From contig JBEKDF010000041.1 in NCBI GenBank assembly GCA_050014495.1, positions 1 to 22,452 of the forward strand: a DNA stretch of 22,452 bases, in the 5' to 3' direction. Shown here one piece after another: positions 1 through 7,263 of the stretch; the stretch's first letter is position 1, and the number at the start of each line of letters is the position of its first letter. Made by a program: the position numbers and the translations under genes. The stretch comes from Candidatus Bathyarchaeia archaeon (GTDB lineage: Archaea; Thermoproteota; Bathyarchaeia; TCS64). The notes beneath the pieces were generated by a model. It had not been told where the DNA came from. It worked only from the letters and a program-made list of their open reading frames with translations, and did no database searches.

Positions 1-1908
1 GGCGACCTTAACAACCTATACTTCGACGCGACGTCGAGTGTCTATATTCTGATAGGTTTCCTCGCCGTCTCCTCGGTGACGGCGGGGTTTCTGCTTGTTG
101 ACTCAAAGAGGCTGCAGATCGCTTTGGGGGTTGGGCTTTATGTCAGCGCTTTATTTGTGCTGAGTAGTGTGTACCCGGGAACGGCTGCGACGCCTATTCA
201 GGGATTTCTGCTTGCTGCGGGGGTCTCCTATGTTGTCGTCGTGGTCGCCGCCACTTTACTTCCGAAGTTGTTGGGTGGGGTCGGTGGGGATGATAAGGTA
301 AATCTGAGTAGCGTCCTCATTCCCGTGGTCAGTATAGCGAAGAGGAGCCTGAAGAGGAGGAGGCTCAGGTTCATTTTGACACTTGTCTCGCTCACGGTTC
401 TGGTGATGAGTTTCGTCGCCCTCACATCCCTCTCGCAGGGGTATGGCCTAATGATTACGAAGTCAAGCGGGATTGGGGGCTACCAGGGACTCCTTCTACG
501 GGCTTCGACTTGGACGGAGGCTGACCCGACCTTCATCATGTCTGAAAGCTCGGAGGCGAGTTGGCTATTAAAGCAGCCGGAGGTGAGGGGGATCTCTGTA
601 AAGGTTGAGAATGTCCCCCAGCAGAGAGCGATTGCATCAATCGCTGGGAATAGGATCTACTCAATAATAGGAGTGAATGCGGCTAACGAGACACAGATTA
701 TACCCCTCGCGGCAAAGCTTGCGCAGGGGGTGCTACCCGGCCCGGGTGGCGTGGCGTTGAGTATCACCCTCGCCCAGGAGGCGGGGCTTAAGCTCGGTGA
801 TAAGGTGAAGCTTAGGGATGAGACACTCACCCTCGTCGGGTTATTTGATGACTCTGCCTTATCGGGGCTCATCGACCTAGATGGGACTGGTTATATACCT
901 GACAAGTTTGTGAACATTGGTCCGTCGGAGGAAGCGCCGCTCTGGGAGAGGCAATCGACGCTTCCCTCGGAGGCTGCCTTCGTTGACGCCTCGACGGCGA
1001 GCCTCTTCCCTGAACTTGGGGTGACGAGGATTGCCCTGAGGGTAGACTCGGTGGAACAGGATGTCTTCGCGGAGAAGTTGGCTCTGGATAGGGGTTACAA
1101 GACGTGGTCGGTATCCCCCTCGGGGATCGTATACGCTGCACTCGGAAGCTACTTGGAGGGGGAGGGACTCCCATTCATCATTCCTTGGGCGATTGTCGTC
1201 CTAAACGTGGTCGTGACGATGCTGAACTCGCTGTTTGAGAGGAGGCGGGAGATAAACATCCTCAGCTCGGTGGGGCTTAACCCGGCTGAGATAGCGTCGA
1301 TATTTGTCGCTGAGGCATCGATCATGGGCTTCATTGCGGGTGGTCTCGGTTACCTCATGGGACTTGCCTTCTATAGGCTCATGCCTATGCTTGGCCTCGC
1401 CCTTGAGGTCCACCAGAAGGTGTCCGCGGTCTGGGTTCTTGCCGCCATCGGTATCTCTATATCAGCAGTTCTTGTGGGGGCCTTCGTCGCACTGAGGAGC
1501 AGCATGGTTATCACCCCGAGTCTTACTCGAAAGTGGAAGCTCGATGAGGCTTTGGGTGGATTCAACAAGCCATGGGTGGCTCCCGTTCCAATCAAGCTTG
1601 ATGCGGTTGAGGTGGATGGCTTCGTGGAGTACCTTGGGTTGAGGCTCCGGGCATTAGAGGATAACCAGGTTCGGAGGATAGGGCAGTTGAAGGTCGAGTC
1701 TAGGGGGGATGTAAGAGTAGTGTCCTTCATCTATACGGCTTATCAGTCGCCTACAGATAACTTCTATTCGAGGAACTCTCTCTTCGTGGAGCCTGAGGAG
1801 GGCTCTTTTAAGGTGAGGCTTGAGTCGATGGGGTCTCAGGACTCTGCATATGAGACTGGTTCCTTGATTCGCCAGATAGCGATGGAGTGGAGTAACAAGC
1901 CACGCTGA
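1..1908 (+). CDS. Large MacB/FtsX-family ABC transporter permease (5'-truncated by the window edge)
   Basis: The frame is open from base 1 (GDLNNLYFDATSSVYILIGF...). Multiple TM segments, an extracellular MacB-like domain, and the FtsX signature 'LNSLFERRREINILSSVGLNPAEIASIFVAEA'. Confidence 0.88.
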   Translation, partial: GDLNNLYFDATSSVYILIGFLAVSSVTAGFLLVDSKRLQIALGVGLYVSALFVLSSVYPGTAATPIQGFLLAAGVSYVVVVVAATLLPKLLGGVGGDDKVNLSSVLIPVVSIAKRSLKRRRLRFILTLVSLTVLVMSFVALTSLSQGYGLMITKSSGIGGYQGLLLRASTWTEADPTFIMSESSEASWLLKQPEVRGISVKVENVPQQRAIASIAGNRIYSIIGVNAANETQIIPLAAKLAQGVLPGPGGVALSITLAQEAGLKLGDKVKLRDETLTLVGLFDDSALSGLIDLDGTGYIPDKFVNIGPSEEAPLWERQSTLPSEAAFVDASTASLFPELGVTRIALRVDSVEQDVFAEKLALDRGYKTWSVSPSGIVYAALGSYLEGEGLPFIIPWAIVVLNVVVTMLNSLFERRREINILSSVGLNPAEIASIFVAEASIMGFIAGGLGYLMGLAFYRLMPMLGLALEVHQKVSAVWVLAAIGISISAVLVGAFVALRSSMVITPSLTRKWKLDEALGGFNKPWVAPVPIKLDAVEVDGFVEYLGLRLRALEDNQVRRIGQLKVESRGDVRVVSFIYTAYQSPTDNFYSRNSLFVEPEEGSFKVRLESMGSQDSAYETGSLIRQIAMEWSNKPR

Positions 1909-1951
1909 TTTTATCATTGGTCTGATGAAGATAACGTTTCGCGTGGGGGGT

Positions 1952-2686
1952 TCAAGGTTCTTTTTCCGTTTTCTGGGTGATGTTAATTGGGATTGTGCCT
2001 CTTTCTATCTTCTCAACCTTGCCATCCCTCATCCAGACTACGCGGTCGGAGGCCTTGATCATCTTGAGGTCGTGGGTGGCGGCGACTAGTGTGAGGCCTC
2101 GGGTCTTGTTGAGGCCGTGGAGGAGGTCTATGATCTCGGTACCGGTGTTGAGGTCTAGGTTGCCGGTGGGCTCGTCTGCGAGGATTATGGCGGGGTCGTT
2201 GGCTAGGGCGCGTGCGATGGCTACGCGCTGCTGCTGCCCTGCGCTGAGTTGCATTGGTTTGTGGTTGAGTCTCTCGCCGAGGCCGACGCTCTCTAGGAGC
2301 TTCCGCGCCTTTCTTATCCCTTCATCGTGGGGTGTCCCCGCGAAGACTGTGGGGAGGGCGACGTTTTCCAGTGCTGTGAGGATGGATATGAGGTTGAAGC
2401 TTTGGAAGATGTATCCTATGCGTCGGCATCGGAGCCACGCGAGTTCGTAGGCGTCTAGCTTGCTTATATCGACGCTGTCTATGAGGACGCTTCCTCCGGT
2501 TGGGCGGTCTAGGCCTCCTATCATGTTGAAGAGGGTTGTCTTGCCGGAGCCGCTGGGGCCGATTAGGCTCACGTATTCCCCCCTCCCGATGGAGAGGTCT
2601 ACGCCGTCGAGGGCCTTCACAGTCTCTCCGCCAACATCGTAGTGTCTCTTTAGTCCGTTGAGTTCGATCACTGTGTCATAGATCAT
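1952..2686 (-). CDS. ABC transporter ATP-binding protein (LolD/MacB type)
   Basis: Walker A GPSGSGKT, signature LSAGQQQR, Walker B ILADEPTGNLD, H-loop ATHD. ATG at 2686 (MIYDTVIEL) is preferred over TTG 2710 because it overlaps the upstream stop. Confidence 0.95.
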   Translation of the reverse strand: MIYDTVIELNGLKRHYDVGGETVKALDGVDLSIGRGEYVSLIGPSGSGKTTLFNMIGGLDRPTGGSVLIDSVDISKLDAYELAWLRCRRIGYIFQSFNLISILTALENVALPTVFAGTPHDEGIRKARKLLESVGLGERLNHKPMQLSAGQQQRVAIARALANDPAIILADEPTGNLDLNTGTEIIDLLHGLNKTRGLTLVAATHDLKMIKASDRVVWMRDGKVEKIERGTIPINITQKTEKEP

Positions 2687-3281
2687 ATCTGAGTGCCTCC
2701 ACTGGGTCAAGCTTCGATGCCCTGTATGCGGGGTAAATTGTTGCTGTGGTGCTTAGGGCGACTGCTAGGGCTAGGGATGATGCGAATAGTGTCAAGTTTT
2801 GTGCTGCGGGGACTTTGAGTATTATGTCGTAACCCGCTGAGAAGCCGGTGCTGAGGATTGCTGCGATGAGGCCGATGGCGTATCCGATTACTCCGCCGAC
2901 AAGCCCCTGGAGGAGTGCCTCGATTAGGAAGAGTAGTACTATGTGTCTGTCTAGTGCGCCGAGGCACTTCATCGTGCCTATCTCCTTCACCCTCTCCTGG
3001 ACGCTGATTAGCATCGCGTTGGTTATTCCGACGACGCTGACGGTGAGGGCTATGGCTACGAGCCAGTAGTAAGTCGCCTCGACGCTTACGTTTGCGCCTC
3101 CGAGGCTCTCATAGGTCCTGTAGATGGTGTCGGTGAGGAGTAGGCTTGCGTAGAAGCTTAGACCGAGGGCTATTGAGGCGATGTTGAGGGCGCTGCGGTC
3201 GAGGCGTCGGAGAAGCTGGATGTTGCCTAGTCTTAGGGCCTCGGCGTATCCGAGGTGAACCCGCTTATCCCCCGCTTTCAT
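2676..3281 (-). CDS. Small FtsX-like ABC permease (no large extracellular domain)
   Basis: 'NAMLISVQERVKEIGTMKCLGA' and C-terminal 'PAYRASKLDPVEALRY' FtsX motifs, 4 TM segments. Translationally coupled to the ATPase. Confidence 0.92.
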   Translation of the reverse strand: MKAGDKRVHLGYAEALRLGNIQLLRRLDRSALNIASIALGLSFYASLLLTDTIYRTYESLGGANVSVEATYYWLVAIALTVSVVGITNAMLISVQERVKEIGTMKCLGALDRHIVLLFLIEALLQGLVGGVIGYAIGLIAAILSTGFSAGYDIILKVPAAQNLTLFASSLALAVALSTTATIYPAYRASKLDPVEALRYDL

Positions 3282-3306
3282 CTCCTATGGATCGCCCCGC
3301 TGGAGG

Positions 3307-3312
3307 TATAAA
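3307..3312 (-). promoter_or_regulatory. Archaeal TATA box for the small permease/ATPase operon
   Basis: TTTATA on the minus strand 26-31 nt upstream of ATG 3281, consistent with a leaderless transcript. Confidence 0.55.
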
Positions 3313-3385
3313 TGGTGCGGGGGCTAGTTGAGCGTGCGCGCATCACCTGCCTTAGACGACCAGTTTATTTGATATATCTTCGTCT

Positions 3386-3395
3386 GCGCGCGCGC
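3386..3395. repeat. (GC)5 self-complementary tract
   Basis: tGCGCGCGCGCa is a perfect palindrome at 3385-3396. An imperfect sibling GCGTGCGCGC lies at 3332-3341. Confidence 0.95.
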
Positions 3396-3542
3396 ATGTT
3401 CAGGGGAACCGCTAGAAGTCTCCTACAATCCAAATATCCTGATAAGGTCCAAGACCTTAAACTGGACCTAATTAAAGTAGCCAATGAGTCCGATCCCGAG
3501 GTCATATCTCGGATTAGCGATGAACTTAGGGGTTTGTCTTGA
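3396..3542 (+). pseudogene. Possible 3' remnant of an unknown gene (48 aa) starting immediately after the (GC)5 tract
   Basis: MFRGTARSLLQSKYPDKVQDLKLDLIKVANESDPEVISRISDELRGLS*. Amphipathic and protein-like in composition, but with no promoter or RBS and no recognisable family. Confidence 0.3.
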
Positions 3543-3944
3543 TCGTCCATACAATATTATCCTAACCTAGTCTCTAAAGCGTCTATTTCGTCACAGTCCA
3601 TAGAAGTTGCACCAGTGTCCATGGAGTCTCAATTAATCCAACCTGTTCAAGGGTCTTTCATGATATTTCCTCCGGGTCCAAGTCTATAATCCCCCTATGC
3701 ACCTCTTCCAGTAGTCCGAAGCATACCATACAGATCAACCACTTGACCACATTCCTGTATGTGGGCTCTATAGTGGGAGCTCTCTAGGAAATTCTAGAGT
3801 GTAGGAGGGGAGAGGGTAACTTTGGACACTTGGACGAATCTTGTACTAATGGACGGAAATGAGACTCGAAAGAAACATCGGACCCGTTGAAGAATATCTC
3901 TTTGTAGTTGGAAACATTTGGACAAAAAGGGACTCATACCAGAC
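3536..3944. repeat. Inverted arrays of GTCC(A)/(T)GGAC motifs around central hairpins (ori-like element)
   Basis: GTCC at 3545, 3596, 3617, 3676, 3714 on the left. GGAC at 3824, 3832, 3851, 3880, 3920, 3930 on the right. No opposite-orientation copy within either arm. Confidence 0.7.
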
Positions 3945-4048
3945 GTGTGCGCAAATATTTAGCCGAGTGACCCGCGCATGTCAATCAACAAAATTGATCA
4001 GTCAACGTTAAAATAATCTAGAGTAAACTATATTGTAAAATGAAAATT

Positions 4049-4061
4049 AAAAAAGAAAAAA
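4049..4061 (-). terminator. Oligo-T terminator of the MFS-M20 operon
   Basis: Minus strand reads TTTTTTCTTTTTT about 10 nt after the M20 stop at 4072, a typical archaeal intrinsic terminator. Confidence 0.6.
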
Positions 4062-4071
4062 TTTAAGGATT

Positions 4072-5199
4072 TTACAGGCAAATTCTCTTGATGATTTCCC
4101 TGAACATGTTTGTGCCGCGGTCTATTTGCTCCAGGGTAATGAATTCGTCAGGGGCGTGTGCTTGAGCGATGTCTCCTGGTCCGCAGATGAGGGTGGGTAT
4201 TCCAGCTTTTGTGTAGCTGACTGCCTCAGTGTAGTATGGTTCGCCTTCTGGTTTGGTTCCTAGTATATCCATTAGTAGTTTGACTACTTCGCTGTTCTCA
4301 GGTACGTCTAGGGCAACGTTAGTCATCAACCCAACTAGCTCAGCTTCAAATGTGGGATCATCAGCCTTCAGGTATTTGATTATCTGATCGAGCCATCCCT
4401 TGAAGGTCTCCACGTTGTCTTGGCCTGGGATGAGTCTGGCGTTCAGTGTTACATCGCAGTTCGGAGGTATGATGTTTGATTTCAATCCTCCACTAATGAG
4501 GGTTGGTTTGATTGTGCTGTGGCCTAGTAGAGGATAGTCATCTAGGGTCAACATTTTTTGGAGTCTCTTTATCTCCTGTATGAAGTCTGAGGCGTGGAGT
4601 ATTGCGTTGTTGCCCCATTCGGGGCGGCTGCTGTGGGCCGCTTTTCCCTTGAAGCTGACGACGCATCCCCCTGCTCCTTTGTGGGCTCTAACTATTCTCA
4701 TCACACTTGGTTCAGGTATAACTCCGAATCTAGCGTCTTTGGTCGTGACTAGTTTATCCGCGATCACGTTGTCCACGAACCAGCCTCCTGTGTCTTCGCC
4801 AGATGTGAAGACGAGTGTTAGTTGCTTTTTGAAGTTGTTTTTTACATTCTCAGTTACTGCCTGAAGGATACATGCGTCAGGGCCCTTCATGTCGCATGCA
4901 CCTCTGCCATAGAGTTTACCATTCTTCACCTTCGGCTCGAATGGAGCCGTCTCCTTCCATAGTTGAGGGTCTCCTGCGAGAACAACGTCTATGTGGCCAG
5001 ATAAAACGACTCCAGGATCCTTTCCTTCACCGATTTTGGCTATTAAATTAGCTCTATTGGGGGCGACTTCCTGGAGCTGGGTACTTACACCTAGATCCTC
5101 TAAATAGTCTTTTATCCACTTCGCCAATGGTAATTCCTTTGTCGGTGGGCCAGAGGTGTCGAACTTCATCATTTCTTTGGCGATTTCGGCTGCAGGCAT
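4072..5199 (-). CDS. M20 family metallopeptidase/deacylase (ArgE/DapE-like)
   Basis: Motifs SGHIDVV, YGRGACDMKG, GED (usually EE), EPS, GKAAHSS and C-terminal AHAPDE. Confidence 0.92.
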   Translation of the reverse strand: MPAAEIAKEMMKFDTSGPPTKELPLAKWIKDYLEDLGVSTQLQEVAPNRANLIAKIGEGKDPGVVLSGHIDVVLAGDPQLWKETAPFEPKVKNGKLYGRGACDMKGPDACILQAVTENVKNNFKKQLTLVFTSGEDTGGWFVDNVIADKLVTTKDARFGVIPEPSVMRIVRAHKGAGGCVVSFKGKAAHSSRPEWGNNAILHASDFIQEIKRLQKMLTLDDYPLLGHSTIKPTLISGGLKSNIIPPNCDVTLNARLIPGQDNVETFKGWLDQIIKYLKADDPTFEAELVGLMTNVALDVPENSEVVKLLMDILGTKPEGEPYYTEAVSYTKAGIPTLICGPGDIAQAHAPDEFITLEQIDRGTNMFREIIKRICL

Positions 5200-5200
5200 G

Positions 5201-6355
5201 TCACTTTAGCTCCGTGCTTCTAGATTCTTTGACTAGCCACGATGAGATTAGGCACACTATGATTCCAATTTCGAGCCAAGCAGTGACCGAGAGGGGGTTT
5301 CCGGTTTGTGACACAAGGAACGTCGCTATGAAGGGCGTGAAGCCTCCGAAGATGCCGACCGCGAGTTGGTATGTGAATGATACCCCCGTGTAGCCGACAT
5401 CTGTGGGGAAGAATTCAGCCATACATGAGGCGTATTGGCCATTCATCATAGAGAACAGTGAGTAGGCGATTATTAGCGAGAGGACGACGTAGTAGAAGTT
5501 GCCTGAGGACATCAGCCATAGCGCGCGCGCAGAGAAGATAAGGGCTCCGAAGGCCCAGGTCCAGATGCATGTCGAGTAGGGTATCTTGCCGAACGTGTAT
5601 GCGTAGGTCATTCCATACGTTCCAATAGTATAAGTTAGGATGGTCGCACCCATTACTAGGCCTAGTGAGAGCAGTACCTGACGTGGGTAATTCATGCATA
5701 GGTTTACGACTGGGATTCCTTTTGGCTTCGTGGCACTCGGCTGTGCCTTTTTCGTTGGCTCAGTCACGCCGAATCTGATTCCAAGTGCAACGAGCGCTAT
5801 GGCGACACCCACGAAGAAGGCGTATCTCCAACCATATGCAGAGAAATCAGCAGGCGCCATAACTGTGGCCAAAATGCCGACGACGGCGCTGCCTAGGGGG
5901 AGTCCCTGAGCCATTTGTGCGATGGATACGTAGAAGCCCCTTTTCTTGGCTGGTGCGTTCTCGGCGGTGATGCTAATACCTCCGCCAAATTCTCCACCCA
6001 ACGCTAAGCCCTGAACCATCCTTATGATGACAAGTATAACGGTTGACCAGATGCCAATCTGTGCATAAGTTGGCATCAGACCCATTGCACCGGAGGTGGC
6101 AGCCATCATCAAGATGGTTATGATCAGTGTGTCCTTGCGACCGAGGCCCCTGTCGCTTAATGCTCCAAAGATTATTCCACCTAATGGCCTAAAGAGGAAG
6201 CCAACGGCATAGATTGCGAAGAGGTAGAGAAGCGACGGTATTGGGTCTTTCGATGGGAAGAATGTTGGACCGATGATGACCGCCAGGGTACCCATCAGCC
6301 CAAAATCGAAGAACTCTAGTCCTGTGCCGATCGCAGCAGCAATGGCTGTGTACAA
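5201..6355 (-). CDS. MFS transporter, MHS (metabolite:H+ symporter) family; probably degenerate (internal deletion, native start lost)
   Basis: GTGLEFFDFG, RPLGGIIFGALSDRGLGRK, RMVQGLALGGEFGG, GWRYAF and AEFFP motifs. The second DRxGRR loop and TM9 are absent. The frame stays open upstream of TTG 6355 with no ATG/GTG. Confidence 0.85.
   Translation of the reverse strand: MYTAIAAAIGTGLEFFDFGLMGTLAVIIGPTFFPSKDPIPSLLYLFAIYAVGFLFRPLGGIIFGALSDRGLGRKDTLIITILMMAATSGAMGLMPTYAQIGIWSTVILVIIRMVQGLALGGEFGGGISITAENAPAKKRGFYVSIAQMAQGLPLGSAVVGILATVMAPADFSAYGWRYAFFVGVAIALVALGIRFGVTEPTKKAQPSATKPKGIPVVNLCMNYPRQVLLSLGLVMGATILTYTIGTYGMTYAYTFGKIPYSTCIWTWAFGALIFSARALWLMSSGNFYYVVLSLIIAYSLFSMMNGQYASCMAEFFPTDVGYTGVSFTYQLAVGIFGGFTPFIATFLVSQTGNPLSVTAWLEIGIIVCLISSWLVKESRSTELK
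5521..5530. repeat. (GC)5 tract inside the MFS gene at the apparent deletion junction
   Basis: GCGCGCGCGC, translated on the minus strand as S-ARA-L between TM8 and the end of TM9. Confidence 0.95.
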
Positions 6356-6391
6356 TGCAACTCTTTCTGCCTTTTTATCTGTAGCTGGAGT

Positions 6392-6400
6392 CGCGCGCGC
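6392..6400. repeat. 9-nt CG-alternating tract at the 5' end of the MFS reading frame
   Basis: CGCGCGCGC directly precedes TPATDKKAERVALYTAIAAAIG on the minus strand. Confidence 0.95.
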
Positions 6401-6492
6401 AATGATACTTGGGCTGGTCTCAGTTATCCAGCTGATACGAGAGAGGGATAAGCGTTAATTTCAACCACCCCCTTTCACTCTGGAGTGCCCCA

Positions 6493-7200
6493 TTGTCGGA
6501 GAAGATAATAGGTATACTCGGTGGAATGGGCCCTGAGACTACTGCAGATCTCTACATGAGGATAATTAGGGCCACCCCAGCTAAGAGGGATCAGGACCAC
6601 CCGCGCGTCATCATTTATAGCAACTCGAAAGTCCCCGACAGAACCGCGGCCATATTGGGAACGGGACCGAGCCCGCTGCCAGAGCTTATACGAGCGGGGA
6701 AGAGGCTTGAGGAGGCAGGCGCTGACTTCATAATAATCCCATGCAATACCGCCCACTACTTCATTGACCCACTCCAGAAGGAGCTGAGAATTCCTATTCT
6801 CAACATGATAAAGCTTGCTGCAGAACGGGGAAATAACCTCTATCCAAGAATTAAGAAGGTTGGAATCCTAGCGACAGATGGGACGCTGAAGAGTGACCTG
6901 TATACCTACGCCTACGGAAAAGTTGGGGTTGAGATCCTTCAACCAACACCGGAAAAGCAAGTTGAGGTAATGAAGGCGATTTATCTATGCATAAAGGCGG
7001 GTAACCTAATTGACGGGGGCCTCCTGCTTCGAAACGTAGCGAACGACCTCATAGCCAGGGGGGCAGAGATGATAATCTGTGGCTGCACGGAGGTAAGCCT
7101 CGTCCTAAAGGAGGAGGACCTAACTGTGCCGATTCTCGATCCGCTTCAGATCCTCGCCGAAGCCGCTGTATCAGAGGCGCTCTCTAAGGAGCATGGTTGA
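6493..7200 (+). CDS. Aspartate/glutamate racemase family (RacX/YgeA-like amino-acid racemase)
   Basis: N-terminal IGILGGMGP and both catalytic cysteines (PCNTAH and GCTE). Confidence 0.95.
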   Translation: MSEKIIGILGGMGPETTADLYMRIIRATPAKRDQDHPRVIIYSNSKVPDRTAAILGTGPSPLPELIRAGKRLEEAGADFIIIPCNTAHYFIDPLQKELRIPILNMIKLAAERGNNLYPRIKKVGILATDGTLKSDLYTYAYGKVGVEILQPTPEKQVEVMKAIYLCIKAGNLIDGGLLLRNVANDLIARGAEMIICGCTEVSLVLKEEDLTVPILDPLQILAEAAVSEALSKEHG

Positions 7201-7263
7201 CTGATGGGGAAGAGAAGCGAAGTAATGGAGTCGCGTGAGGTTATCATTCCATACGCAAGGGCG

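Noticed and set aside
1922..1945. Hammerhead core or box C from CTGATGA
   Set aside because: No GAAA partner or flanking stems, and only 43 nt of intergenic space.
2207..2216. Short GCGCG(C) runs inside coding regions (2207, 6602, 11208, 12151, 18900)
   Set aside because: They are short and lie within intact genes, mostly in conserved motifs (IARAL, HPRV, GARP, SRAD), with no discontinuity, so they are not counted as scars.
1977..2642. Plus-strand ORFs of 157 and 60 aa, and similar short antisense or alternate-frame ORFs throughout the track
   Set aside because: They are shadows of clear genes on the opposite strand or in another frame.
3365..3550. 61 aa minus-strand ORF, and the N-terminal extension of the 3312-3542 ORF
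   Set aside because: They run through the (GC)5 tract and the permease promoter, have Ser/Arg-rich non-protein-like composition, and lack independent support.
3596..3720. Chromosomal oriC with ORB/mini-ORB boxes
   Set aside because: The motifs share only TCCA with ORBs, lack the GAAA half-site and G-string, and there is no adjacent orc1/cdc6.
3536..3944. Degenerate CRISPR array
   Set aside because: The repeated units are only 4-8 nt, inverted between arms and irregularly spaced. No cas genes.
3391..3981. 9-bp direct repeat CGCGCATGT (3391-3399 and 3973-3981) as a target-site duplication of a MITE/IS
   Set aside because: There are no terminal inverted repeats inside, no transposase, and most of the match is the GC tract itself.
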